This document shows, one piece after another, positions 42,111 through 52,200 of a stretch of DNA of 64,000 nt. Position numbers and translations under genes: made by a program. The first letter of the stretch is position 1, and every line of letters starts with the position of its first letter. The notes below the pieces were generated by a model. It was given only the letters and a program-made list of their open reading frames with translations, did no database searches and had not been told where the DNA came from. Source of the stretch: Candidatus Cloacimonadales bacterium (GTDB lineage Bacteria; Cloacimonadota; Cloacimonadia; Cloacimonadales; DAONDQ01); the NCBI GenBank assembly GCA_963662275.1, contig OY759316.1, forward strand, positions 3,648,001 to 3,712,000. The letters run 5' to 3'.

Positions 42111-43721
42111 ATGAATAAATTATTTATCGTCCTCTTCGCTTTCCTACTTTTCTTTGGAATTCTCTCCGCCACTAACCACCTCGATATCATGACCACAATG
42201 CAGGGTGAACATCATAATTCCAGATTTGGGAAAACGATGGCTACCCTTGATTTTAATCATGATGGTCATGACGATCTTATTGTCTGTTCACCGGAATGGA
42301 AAGATGTCTATCCTGCTCCTTTTTCCTCAGCCAAGGGGAGAGTAGATATCTATTTTGGTGGAACTAATTTTGATAATGTTGCAGATATCTCTTTGCTTGG
42401 GCAATATGCTTATCAATATCATAATGTTGTCAATATCGGGGATGTAAATGGTGATGGCTATGATGATTTATGCATCGGTGGTGATGAACCGGAGTCAAAT
42501 CCAAGTATATACTATTTGAGAATATATACAGGTAGTAGTATAGCTCCTGCAGAACCGGATATCTTGATTCCGTATACTTTAGAAGCCGAATATGATCTTT
42601 ATCATGTTGTCAATTTAGGTGATATTAATGGGGATAATTATGGTGATATTGGGTTCAGCATTTGTACGCCAAATTTAGCAGAGATTTTTTATATTTTGTG
42701 GGGTAATAGTTTAGAAAGACAGTATATTACCACTTCCTCTGATTTTAGTGCATCTTATTCAAATGGTTTTAATGGGATAGGGGATATTAATCATGATGGT
42801 TATGACGATTTCGCTATCGGTTATACAAACGAAGATCCTAATATAGGTTATCACCTCATTACTTTATATTTTGGAAATGCAGAAAGTAATTTTAACAATT
42901 ATATGATTTTGACACAGACTCAAGCTGGTATTTCAAAAATAAGTACACCGTTGGGAGATATTAATGGTGATGGCTTAGATGATTTTATGGGTTATCAATC
43001 CATAGCCGGTTTGAATGTCTGGTTTGGAGCAACTGATACTGATTCCATACCAAATTTTGCATTGAATCCTCCCTGGCAGGGAGGGGAAGATGGCTTTTCA
43101 CTGAAATATGGTGATTTAAATAACGATGGCTTTGATGATATTGCAGGTGCTAATTTCTATTCAAATCAATTCCAAGTCTGGCTGGGGAGAGCACAGGTCA
43201 ATGGCATTTCTGATTTATTGATTACAGCCCCATATATTTCCGCTAACCCATTGGACTATTTTGGATATGGATTAACTATGGGGGATTACAATGCAGATGG
43301 ATGCTGTGATATTGCCATTTCTGCACCGGAAACGGATTACGAATTTGCCACCGATTATCGCGGGTATGTGTATGTGTATGCAGGGAATACAGAATTAGCT
43401 GATACTACAGTCGGAATTAATGATCCGCTAAGTCCAAAAGTTACAAATCAAATTACCATGAGTATCAGCCCTAATCCTGTGAGGATTAATGACCGATATA
43501 TTGCAATTAAACTGCAAGACAATTCAGCCGGTGAAAAAAATCCAATCGATATAAGCATTTTTAATATCAGGGGACAATGTGTGCAGCAAACACACTTAAA
43601 TAAAAACAAAACATCTGATACATTCATGCTGGATATCAGCAAAATGGCAAGTGGTGTCTATCTCTGCCAGGTAATATCAGGTAATCGGGTTAAAACAAAA
43701 AAAATATCGTTGGTAAAGTAG
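42111..43721 (+). CDS. FG-GAP (integrin-alpha-like beta-propeller) secreted protein A1 with T9SS-A-like CTD
   Basis: Signal peptide; 7 GD(I/V/F)NxDGxDD Ca-binding loops; SPNP..IFNIRGQ..ASGVY. Confidence 0.9.
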   Translation: MNKLFIVLFAFLLFFGILSATNHLDIMTTMQGEHHNSRFGKTMATLDFNHDGHDDLIVCSPEWKDVYPAPFSSAKGRVDIYFGGTNFDNVADISLLGQYAYQYHNVVNIGDVNGDGYDDLCIGGDEPESNPSIYYLRIYTGSSIAPAEPDILIPYTLEAEYDLYHVVNLGDINGDNYGDIGFSICTPNLAEIFYILWGNSLERQYITTSSDFSASYSNGFNGIGDINHDGYDDFAIGYTNEDPNIGYHLITLYFGNAESNFNNYMILTQTQAGISKISTPLGDINGDGLDDFMGYQSIAGLNVWFGATDTDSIPNFALNPPWQGGEDGFSLKYGDLNNDGFDDIAGANFYSNQFQVWLGRAQVNGISDLLITAPYISANPLDYFGYGLTMGDYNADGCCDIAISAPETDYEFATDYRGYVYVYAGNTELADTTVGINDPLSPKVTNQITMSISPNPVRINDRYIAIKLQDNSAGEKNPIDISIFNIRGQCVQQTHLNKNKTSDTFMLDISKMASGVYLCQVISGNRVKTKKISLVK

Positions 43722-43789
43722 GGATAAACCCATGTGTTTATCCTCTGGAAAGTATGCTTTTTTTTGAAATGCAACGCTGATTTTTAATC

Positions 43790-44126
43790 GGTGGATAGGT
43801 CATATTTTAAATGATGCAATACTGAAGAATGTTACAGACTATAAACGTGAGAGTAAAAGTTCATTGAAACAACTCTGGAAAAACAATCCTTGACTTGAAA
43901 TGAAATGTTATTATTTTATATGTGATACTGGTTTTGTGCACTTACTTTAGAATGCAGTTTCTTTGTGGTTACTGCTTCAGCTTGTGGGTAATGTTCTTTA
44001 GGTCATTGTATTACAGATAGAAACAAGGTAAACCATGTTAACACGCTACCTGAAGGAAACAGCCACCATTAGAGAGATAAAATTCCTGAAGTAAGTTGTG
44101 TATGTCAATTTTATAAGGAGTTTATA
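43790..44126 (+). promoter_or_regulatory. Conserved leader, copy 2
   Basis: Near-identical to 41774-42110. Confidence 0.8.
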
Positions 44127-45737
44127 ATGAATAAATTATTTATCATGCTCTTCGCTTTCCTACTTTTCTTTGGAATTCTCTCCGCCACTAACCACCTCGA
44201 TATCATGACCACAATGCAGGGTGAACATCATAATTCCAGATTTGGGAAAACGATGGCTACCCTTGATTTTAATCATGATGGTCATGACGATCTTATTGTC
44301 TGTTCACCGGAATGGAAAGATGTCTATCCTGCTCCTTTTTCCTCAGCCAAGGGGAGAGTAGATATCTATTTTGGTGGAACTAATTTTGATAATGTTGCAG
44401 ATATCTCTTTGCTTGGGCAATATGCTTATCAATATCATAATGTTGTCAATATCGGGGATGTAAATGGTGATGGCTATGATGATTTATACATCGGTGGAGA
44501 TGAACCTGATTTACAGCCGACAGAATACTTTTTACGAATTTACACGGGTGGTGATTCTGCTCCCACAGAACCGGATATCTTGATTCCGTATACTTTAGAA
44601 GCTGAGCATCATCTTTATCATGTTGTCAATTTAGGTGACTTTAATGGAGACCACTTTGATGATTTTGGGATTAGCATTTCATCTCAAGCAATTGATTTAA
44701 CATTTTTCATCATCTGGGGTGGTAGCTACATAGCTCAATATATAACTACTTCGATAGACCAGGGTGCTTCTTACCCAACTGGTTTTACTGGGATTGGAGA
44801 TATCAATGGCGATGGTTATGCTGATTTTTCCATTGGATATACGAATCCAGATCCCTATATCGGCTATCACCTCATTACTTTATATTTTGGAAATGCAGAA
44901 AGTAATTTTAACAATTATATGATTTTGACACAGACTCAAGCTGGTATTTCAAAAATAAGCACTCCCTTAGGAGATATTAATGGCGATGGTATCGATGATT
45001 TTATGGGTTATCAGTCTAATGCCGGATTAAATATATGGCTGGGAGCTACGGAAACAGACACCATACCTAACCTCGCTCTCAATCCACCTTGGCAGGGAGA
45101 TTATTTAGGGCAATCTCTGAAATATGGCGATCTCAATAATGATGGTTTCGATGATATTGTTGGAACCAACTATTATACCAATCAATTCCAAGTCTGGCTG
45201 GGGAGAGCACAGGTCAATGGCATTTCTGATCTTCTGATTACAGCTCCATATATTTCTGCTAACCCGCTAGACTACTTTGGTGAAAGTCTGACAATGGGTG
45301 ATTACAATGCAGATGGATACTGTGATATTGCAGTATCCGCCCCGGAAACGGATTACGAATTTGCCACCGATTATCGCGGGTATGTTTATGTGTATGCCGG
45401 TAATACAGAATTAGCGGATACTACAGTTGGTATTGATGATCCACTAAGTCCAAATGTTACAAATCAAATTACTATGAGTATCAGCCCTAATCCTGTGAGG
45501 ATTAATGACCGATATATTGCAATTAAACTGCAAGACAATTCAGCCATTGAAAAAAATCCAATCGATATCAGCATTTTTAATATCAGAGGACAACGTGTGC
45601 AGCAAACACACTTAAATAAAAACAAAACATCTGATACCTTCATGCTGGACATCAGCAAAATGGCAAGTGGTGTCTATCTCTGCCAGGTAAAATCAGGTAA
45701 TCGGGTTAAAACAAAAAAAATATCGTTGGTAAAGTAG
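44127..45737 (+). CDS. FG-GAP secreted protein A2
   Basis: Paralog of A1; N-terminal ~120 aa and CTD almost identical, central blades diverged. Confidence 0.9.
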   Translation: MNKLFIMLFAFLLFFGILSATNHLDIMTTMQGEHHNSRFGKTMATLDFNHDGHDDLIVCSPEWKDVYPAPFSSAKGRVDIYFGGTNFDNVADISLLGQYAYQYHNVVNIGDVNGDGYDDLYIGGDEPDLQPTEYFLRIYTGGDSAPTEPDILIPYTLEAEHHLYHVVNLGDFNGDHFDDFGISISSQAIDLTFFIIWGGSYIAQYITTSIDQGASYPTGFTGIGDINGDGYADFSIGYTNPDPYIGYHLITLYFGNAESNFNNYMILTQTQAGISKISTPLGDINGDGIDDFMGYQSNAGLNIWLGATETDTIPNLALNPPWQGDYLGQSLKYGDLNNDGFDDIVGTNYYTNQFQVWLGRAQVNGISDLLITAPYISANPLDYFGESLTMGDYNADGYCDIAVSAPETDYEFATDYRGYVYVYAGNTELADTTVGIDDPLSPNVTNQITMSISPNPVRINDRYIAIKLQDNSAIEKNPIDISIFNIRGQRVQQTHLNKNKTSDTFMLDISKMASGVYLCQVKSGNRVKTKKISLVK

Positions 45738-45805
45738 GGATAAACCCATGTGTTTATCCTCTGGAAAGTATGCTTTTTTTTGAAATGCAACGCTGATTTT
45801 TAATC

Positions 45806-46143
45806 GGTGGATAGGTCATATTTTAAATGATGCAATACTGAAGAATGTTACAGAATATAAACGTGAGAGTAAAAGTTCATTGAAACAACTCTGGAAAAAC
45901 AATCCTTGACTTGAAATGAAATGTTATTATTTTATATGTGATACTGGTTTTGTGCGCTTACTTTAGAATGCAGTTTCTTTGTGGTTACTGCTTCAGCTTG
46001 TGGGTAATGTTCTTTAGGTCATTGTATTACAGATAGAAACAAGGTAAACCATGTTAACATGTTACCTGAAAGAAACAGCCACCGTTAGTGAGATAAAACT
46101 TCCTGATGTTAGCTGTGTATGTCAATTTTATAAGGAGTTTATA
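45806..46143 (+). promoter_or_regulatory. Conserved leader, copy 3
   Basis: Near-identical to 41774-42110. Confidence 0.8.
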
Positions 46144-47751
46144 ATGAATAAATTATTTATCATCATCTTCGCTTTCCTACTTTTCTGTGGAATTCTCGCT
46201 GCCACAAACCACCTCGATATCATGACCTCAATGCAGGGTACGCATAATACATCATATTTTGGAAGTACAATGGCAACCTTGGACTTTAATCATGATGGTT
46301 TTGATGATTTGATTGTCTGCTCGCCTGAATGGAAAAGCGTTTATCCGGCACCAATGGATTGGCCAAAAGGAAAAGTGGATATTTATTTTGGAGGTTCTGA
46401 CTTTGATAATATCCCTGATATCACGATGGAAGGACAGTATGATTATCAATTCAGGTCTGTTGTTAATGTCGGTGATGTGAATGGAGATGGATTTGATGAT
46501 CTATATATAGGTGGAGATGAACCGACCGCTAGTCCAAGTACATATTATCTAAGAATCTATACTGGCGGGAACACTGCTCCAACACAACCGGATATTATGA
46601 TCTTATATTCATTGGAATCAGAATGCCATCTTTATGATGTAGCTAAAATGGGTGATTTTAATGGAGACGGTTATGATGATATCGGCTTTAGTACAGATAC
46701 AATGTATTTAGCATTAAATTTTTATATCATTTGGGGAGGGAACTATACTACCCAATATGTAACAACTTCTGTAAATTATAGCGAATCTTATCCTATTGGC
46801 TTTAATGGAATTGGTGATATAAATAATGATGGCTATGATGACTTTTCTATTGGTTATACGAATGAAGATCCCAATTTAGGTTACCATCTCATCACTATTT
46901 ATTTTGGTAATACAACAGGTTCATTTGCAGATAATATGGTTTTAACCCAGACGCAAGCAGGAATATCAAAGATTAGTAATCCACTGGGGGATATTAATGG
47001 TGACGGTATTGATGATTTCATGGGATATCAGTCCATGACGGGGTTAAATGTCTGGCTGGGTTCGACTGAATCTGATACATTACCGAATTTTGCTTTAAAT
47101 CCACCCTGGCAGGGAGGGGAATTCGGACAATGTTTAAAATTTGGAGATTTGAATAACGATGGCTTTGACGATGTGGTTGGTGCAAATTTCTATATAGATC
47201 AATTCAGGATTTGGATGGGAAGAACACTGGTTAACGGCACATCCGATTTATTAATTGATGCCCCCAATAATTCTTTAGACTACTTTGGCTATGGTTTAAC
47301 CATGGGAGATTACAACGGGGATGACTGCTGTGATATTGCCGTATCTGCCCCATTTACTGATGATTCTATGGCACATGATTACCGGGGCTATGTTTATGTC
47401 TATGCCGGAAATACACAATTGGCAGACACAACAGTTGGTATTAATGACCCTCTCAGTCCGCCTCTTACCAATCAATTTAACATGAGCATCAGCATCAGCC
47501 CTAACCCCATTAAATCCAATGATCGTTTTATGACGATCAAGCTGAATGATTCAAGCCATAATAATATAAGCCCCATTGATATCAGTATCTATAATATCAG
47601 GGGACAATGTGTGCAAAAGATACACTCAGATAAAACTGCGATATCGGATACCTACAGTATGGATATTAGTAAAATGGCAAGTGGTGTCTATCTCTGCCAA
47701 GTAAAACAAGGAAACAGAGCAGAAGTTAAAAAAATCTCTTTTATTCGGTAG
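46144..47751 (+). CDS. FG-GAP secreted protein A3
   Basis: Start MNKLFII after AAGGAG; same domain layout as A1. Confidence 0.9.
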   Translation: MNKLFIIIFAFLLFCGILAATNHLDIMTSMQGTHNTSYFGSTMATLDFNHDGFDDLIVCSPEWKSVYPAPMDWPKGKVDIYFGGSDFDNIPDITMEGQYDYQFRSVVNVGDVNGDGFDDLYIGGDEPTASPSTYYLRIYTGGNTAPTQPDIMILYSLESECHLYDVAKMGDFNGDGYDDIGFSTDTMYLALNFYIIWGGNYTTQYVTTSVNYSESYPIGFNGIGDINNDGYDDFSIGYTNEDPNLGYHLITIYFGNTTGSFADNMVLTQTQAGISKISNPLGDINGDGIDDFMGYQSMTGLNVWLGSTESDTLPNFALNPPWQGGEFGQCLKFGDLNNDGFDDVVGANFYIDQFRIWMGRTLVNGTSDLLIDAPNNSLDYFGYGLTMGDYNGDDCCDIAVSAPFTDDSMAHDYRGYVYVYAGNTQLADTTVGINDPLSPPLTNQFNMSISISPNPIKSNDRFMTIKLNDSSHNNISPIDISIYNIRGQCVQKIHSDKTAISDTYSMDISKMASGVYLCQVKQGNRAEVKKISFIR

Positions 47752-47925
47752 CAACAACTTCAACGGGTATTCCGTAGCAACAACTTCAGTCGTTGGATCA
47801 ACTGCTTTAGCCGTTATAATGTTTTAACATTATCTGACATCCGGTGGTTTCCTCATCGAAATGCCGATGAAGAGAATACGTCCTCTAAAAGAGCACGTAG
47901 CACCATCAGATAGATGGCGCCCCAG
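47748..47925. repeat. REP mosaic related to 18545-18802
   Basis: GTAGCAACAACTTC twice; gtagcaacaacttcagtcgttggatcaactgc identical to 18545-18576; 70-nt block shared with 18733-18802. Confidence 0.8.
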
Positions 47926-48074
47926 TAACAGCTATGAAATTAACAAAAACGTGATAGACAAAAGTGAAAATGGATATTATCCGGCAATATGCTAGATAAA
48001 ACTTGCTATGGAATGAAAATTACGTGCGAATATTATATTTTATATTATGTGGGTTGTATAAATAAGGAGTACCA

Positions 48075-49739
48075 ATGTATAAAGGTATTTTAGCTGTTTT
48101 AGCTGTTCTTCTTTTCACCAGCATTCTCCCTGCCTTGAACCACATGGATATTATGACCACCATGACAGGAGAATTTGATTTTGCAGAAATGGGTTGGATT
48201 ATGACCACTCTGGATTGGAATGGAGATAATTATGATGATCTTGTTATTATGGAAAGTGGTTGGCGACCACCTGAACATGTTGGAGACCCAACAGTAAAAT
48301 CATATGGAAAACTGAATTTCTATTTGGGAGGACCAGACTTTGATAATATACCTGAAATAACATTGCCCGGCAGTTATGAACGTGAGTATTGGGCAACCTA
48401 TTCCATGTGCAATGCGGGTGATATGAATGGTGACGGGATAGATGACCTGGCATTGTTTCGGGCGACGATGTATGAAGAGAATATAGATCAGTACTATGAC
48501 TTGCAGCTCTGCGTCTTTTACGGCGGTGCGAATCCCGATACTGTCCCCGATTATGTGCTTACTTTCCCGAGGGAGGAATGGGATAATACCTTTTGTTACG
48601 TTCGTGGTTTGGGGGATATCAATCACGATGGTTTTAATGATATTGGATATATATTGGATAAAGATTATTATCAGGCTCCAAACTCTTTTGGTATTATTTA
48701 TGGCGGAAACATGATGAATACTGTTTTCATGGAAGCCGGTTCTTCATGGGATTGGTCAAGTATATGCGGTGTAGGAGATGTGAATGCAGATGGTATTGAT
48801 GATTTCAGTCTTTGTTATACGTATTTTGTAAGTAATACTACTTATCGCAAAGATATCATTTATTTTGGTTCCATATCTGGAGTTTTTCAGGATAGTTTAG
48901 TTATCTGTGATGGTTCGAACTTAAGAAATCCGTTCACATATCCCGCTGGTGATGTAAATGGCGATGGTTATTCTGATTTCGTGAGTGCCTTCTCCGGTTC
49001 AGATGCTAAACTAATATTTGGAGGTCCTGGTTTTAACGGAACCAATTGTGTAAACATTGCTCCTCCGTACAGCGGCGATCCGGCCGGTGAAGGTTTTTGT
49101 CACGGCGATGTGAATGGTAATGGCACAGATGATCTGATGGGCACCAATGTTACCCAGTTTAGCGGTTATGGAGATGCCTACCTGTGGATAGGAGGCATTC
49201 CCATGAACGGAGGTCCCGATCTGCATTTGACACCAACACTGAACGATAACAATAAGATGTATGGTTTCTGCCTGACTATGGGCGATTACAATGGTGACGG
49301 CTGCTGCGATGCTGCCATTTCTGCGCCCTTTGATTACTCCGGTTCTCCTTATCCGGGTAAAGTATTTGTTTATGCCGGAAACACGCAACTGGATGATCCA
49401 ACCCCAATCTCGGATAATACAAATATACCTGCTATCTCCAAATTGCAGTTGTACCCGAATCCGCTGCAGTCTTGGAATTCTGAACTTAATGTCAGATTCA
49501 CTGTTGACCCCGGACTCACCCCCGACCCCTCTCTTGCTCGCAAACGAGGGGAGATTACCGCAACTTTCGAAATCTATAACATCCGGGGACAGAAAGTTAA
49601 GTCGTTTACTATGAATGCAGAACAAGCTAAATCAGGTTCTGCGATTTACAATTTAAATGATCTTTCATCAGGGGTTTATGTGTGTGTTTTCACAAACGGT
49701 GAAGCACAGCAGAAACAGAAGATAACGGTGATTCGGTAG
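48075..49739 (+). CDS. Divergent FG-GAP secreted protein B with T9SS-A-like CTD
   Basis: LNHMDIMTTM.G homologous to A genes; GDxNGDG repeats; LYPNP..IYNIRGQ..SSGVY; own upstream region. Confidence 0.88.
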   Translation: MYKGILAVLAVLLFTSILPALNHMDIMTTMTGEFDFAEMGWIMTTLDWNGDNYDDLVIMESGWRPPEHVGDPTVKSYGKLNFYLGGPDFDNIPEITLPGSYEREYWATYSMCNAGDMNGDGIDDLALFRATMYEENIDQYYDLQLCVFYGGANPDTVPDYVLTFPREEWDNTFCYVRGLGDINHDGFNDIGYILDKDYYQAPNSFGIIYGGNMMNTVFMEAGSSWDWSSICGVGDVNADGIDDFSLCYTYFVSNTTYRKDIIYFGSISGVFQDSLVICDGSNLRNPFTYPAGDVNGDGYSDFVSAFSGSDAKLIFGGPGFNGTNCVNIAPPYSGDPAGEGFCHGDVNGNGTDDLMGTNVTQFSGYGDAYLWIGGIPMNGGPDLHLTPTLNDNNKMYGFCLTMGDYNGDGCCDAAISAPFDYSGSPYPGKVFVYAGNTQLDDPTPISDNTNIPAISKLQLYPNPLQSWNSELNVRFTVDPGLTPDPSLARKRGEITATFEIYNIRGQKVKSFTMNAEQAKSGSAIYNLNDLSSGVYVCVFTNGEAQQKQKITVIR

Positions 49740-49857
49740 CAGCCAAATTGCATAGCCGTTTGAAAACAGCATTCCGAAAAGCAAGGTGAACCATGCTGCC
49801 ACGATTCCTGAAGTAATCACCACAGGTGCAACGGCACAGCAACGCCTCATCTTGTGA

Positions 49858-50188
49858 GGTGGATAGTTCATATTTTAAATGATGCAATACTGAAGAATGT
49901 TACAGACTATTAACGTGAGAGTAAAAGTTCATTGAAATAACTCTGGAAAAACAATCCTTGACTTGAAATGAAATGTTATTATTTTATATGTGATACTGGT
50001 TTTGTGCGCTTACTTTAGAATGCAGTTTCTTTGTGGTTACTGCTTCAGCTTGTGGGTAATGTTCTTTAGGTCATTGTATTACAGATAGAAACAAGGTAAA
50101 CCATGTTAACATGTTACCTGAAGGAAACAGCCACCGTTAGGGAGATAAAACTTCCTGAAGTAAGTTGTGTTTTTATAAGGAGTTTATA
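49858..50188 (+). promoter_or_regulatory. Conserved leader, copy 4 (7-nt deletion near 3' end)
   Basis: Near-identical to 41774-42110. Confidence 0.8.
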
Positions 50189-51796
50189 ATGAATAAATTA
50201 TTTATCATGCTCTTAGCTTTCCTACTTTTCTTTGGAATTCTCTCCGCCACAAACCATCTTGATATTATGACATCAATGCAGGGTACGCATAATAATTCAT
50301 ATTTTGGCGCAACGATGGCAACTTTGGATTTTAATCATGATGGATTTGATGACTTAATTGTCTGCTCACCGGAATGGAAAAGTGTTTATCCTGATCCTGT
50401 GAACTGGCCCAAAGGAAGAGTAGATATCTATTTTGGCGGTACTGACTTTGATAATATTCCGGACATTACAATGTTAGGACAGTACGATTTTCAGTATAAG
50501 TCTGTCGTCAATGTGGGAGATGGGAATGGTGATGGATTTGATGATTTATACATCGGTGGTGATGAACCAGAATCAAATCCAAGTACATACTATCTAAGAA
50601 TTTATACGGGTGGTAATGCTGTTCCGCCTGAACCGGATATTATGATTTCATATCCATTGGCATCAGGTAATAATTTAACGTGGGTAACCAAATTAGGGGA
50701 TTTTAATGGCGATCATATTGATGAGATAGGATTTTGTACTGATATTTTTTCTACATGTGAAGCATATTATATTATATGGGGACAAAGTTTTGAAACTGAG
50801 TTGATCACTATTTCCAGTGCTCATGCTTCGTCATATACTTATAATATTAGCGGTGTTGGAGATATCAATGGTGATGGATATGATGATTTTTCAATAGGCT
50901 ATACAAATGCTGATCCTAATACCGGCTATCATTTGATAATTATTTACTTTGGAAATGAGGAAAGTGAATTAACTAATACCGTTAATTTAGCCCATACCCA
51001 GGCACCAATAACAAAGACCAGTACTCCAATTGGGGATATCAACGGAGATGGGTTAGATGATTTTATGGGGTATGAGTCAAATGATGGGTTATGTATCTGG
51101 TTAGGTTCACAGCAAACAAATCTTATTCCTGATCTTTTTTTTAATCCCCCTTGGCAAGGTAGTGAATTCGGATTTTCTCTGAAATATGGTGATTTGAATA
51201 ATGATGGTTTTGATGATGTTGTTGGTACAAATTTTTATGAGAATGCATTCAGAATCTGGTTAGGAAGAACTCATCCTAATGGTGATTCGGATTTATCAGT
51301 AACAGCACCTTATATTCCTGCAAATCTGTTGGATTATTTTGGGTATGGTTTAACGATGGGTGATTATAATGGGGATGACTGCTGTGATATTGCCGTATCA
51401 GCACCTTTTACGGATAATACGCTTTTACCTGATTATCGGGGGTATGTTTACGTTTATGCTGGAAATACTGAATTGGCAGACACTACAGTAGGAATTAATG
51501 ATCCTTTAACACCGCCTATATCTAGCCAGTTTAATATCAGCATCAGTCCTAATCCGGTGAATTCAAACGATCGCAATATTAACATCAAACTGACTAATCA
51601 AGGTACTGATAAAAGCCCAATTGACATCAGAATTTATAACATTAGGGGACAATGTGTGCAGCAAGCACACTTCGATAAAAATAACATAACAGATACATAC
51701 TCTCTTGATATTCATAAAATAGCAAGTGGCATCTATCTATGTCAATTAACAAAAGGTAATAGGGTAAAAACAAAAAAAATCTCATTAGTTAAGTAG
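50189..51796 (+). CDS. FG-GAP secreted protein A4
   Basis: Start MNKLFIM; same layout as A1. Confidence 0.9.
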   Translation: MNKLFIMLLAFLLFFGILSATNHLDIMTSMQGTHNNSYFGATMATLDFNHDGFDDLIVCSPEWKSVYPDPVNWPKGRVDIYFGGTDFDNIPDITMLGQYDFQYKSVVNVGDGNGDGFDDLYIGGDEPESNPSTYYLRIYTGGNAVPPEPDIMISYPLASGNNLTWVTKLGDFNGDHIDEIGFCTDIFSTCEAYYIIWGQSFETELITISSAHASSYTYNISGVGDINGDGYDDFSIGYTNADPNTGYHLIIIYFGNEESELTNTVNLAHTQAPITKTSTPIGDINGDGLDDFMGYESNDGLCIWLGSQQTNLIPDLFFNPPWQGSEFGFSLKYGDLNNDGFDDVVGTNFYENAFRIWLGRTHPNGDSDLSVTAPYIPANLLDYFGYGLTMGDYNGDDCCDIAVSAPFTDNTLLPDYRGYVYVYAGNTELADTTVGINDPLTPPISSQFNISISPNPVNSNDRNINIKLTNQGTDKSPIDIRIYNIRGQCVQQAHFDKNNITDTYSLDIHKIASGIYLCQLTKGNRVKTKKISLVK

Positions 51797-51862
51797 GGAT
51801 AAACCCATGTGTTTATCCTCTGGAAAGTATTCTTTTTTCAAACGCGACGCTGATTTTTAATC

Positions 51863-52200
51863 GGTGGATAGGTCATATTTTAAATGATGCAATACTGAAG
51901 AATGTTACAGACTATAATCGTGAGAGTAAAAGTTCATTGAAACAACTCTGGAAAAACAATCCTTGACTTGAAATGAAATGTTATTATTTTATATGTGATA
52001 CTGGTTTTGTGCGCTTACTTTAGAATGCAGTTTCTTTGTAGTTACTGCTTCAGCTTATGGGTAATGTTCTTTAGGTCATTGTATTACAGATAGAAACAAG
52101 GTAAACCATGTTAACATGTTACGTGAAGGAAACAGCCACCATTTGGGAGATAAAACTTCCTGAAGTAAGTTGTGTATGTCAATTTTATAAGGAGTTTATA
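51863..52200 (+). promoter_or_regulatory. Conserved leader, copy 5
   Basis: Near-identical to 41774-42110. Confidence 0.8.

Noticed and set aside
47860..47900. Hammerhead ribozyme (CCGATGA-agag..ctct-AAAA); similar CTGATGA in the intron near 3070
   Set aside because: The CUGAUGA and GAAA cores are not both intact and stems I/III are not evident.
41774..52200. Integron cassette array (attC sites)
   Set aside because: No integrase in the window; the repeats are ~335 bp, carry promoters and lack recognisable attC R/L box symmetry.
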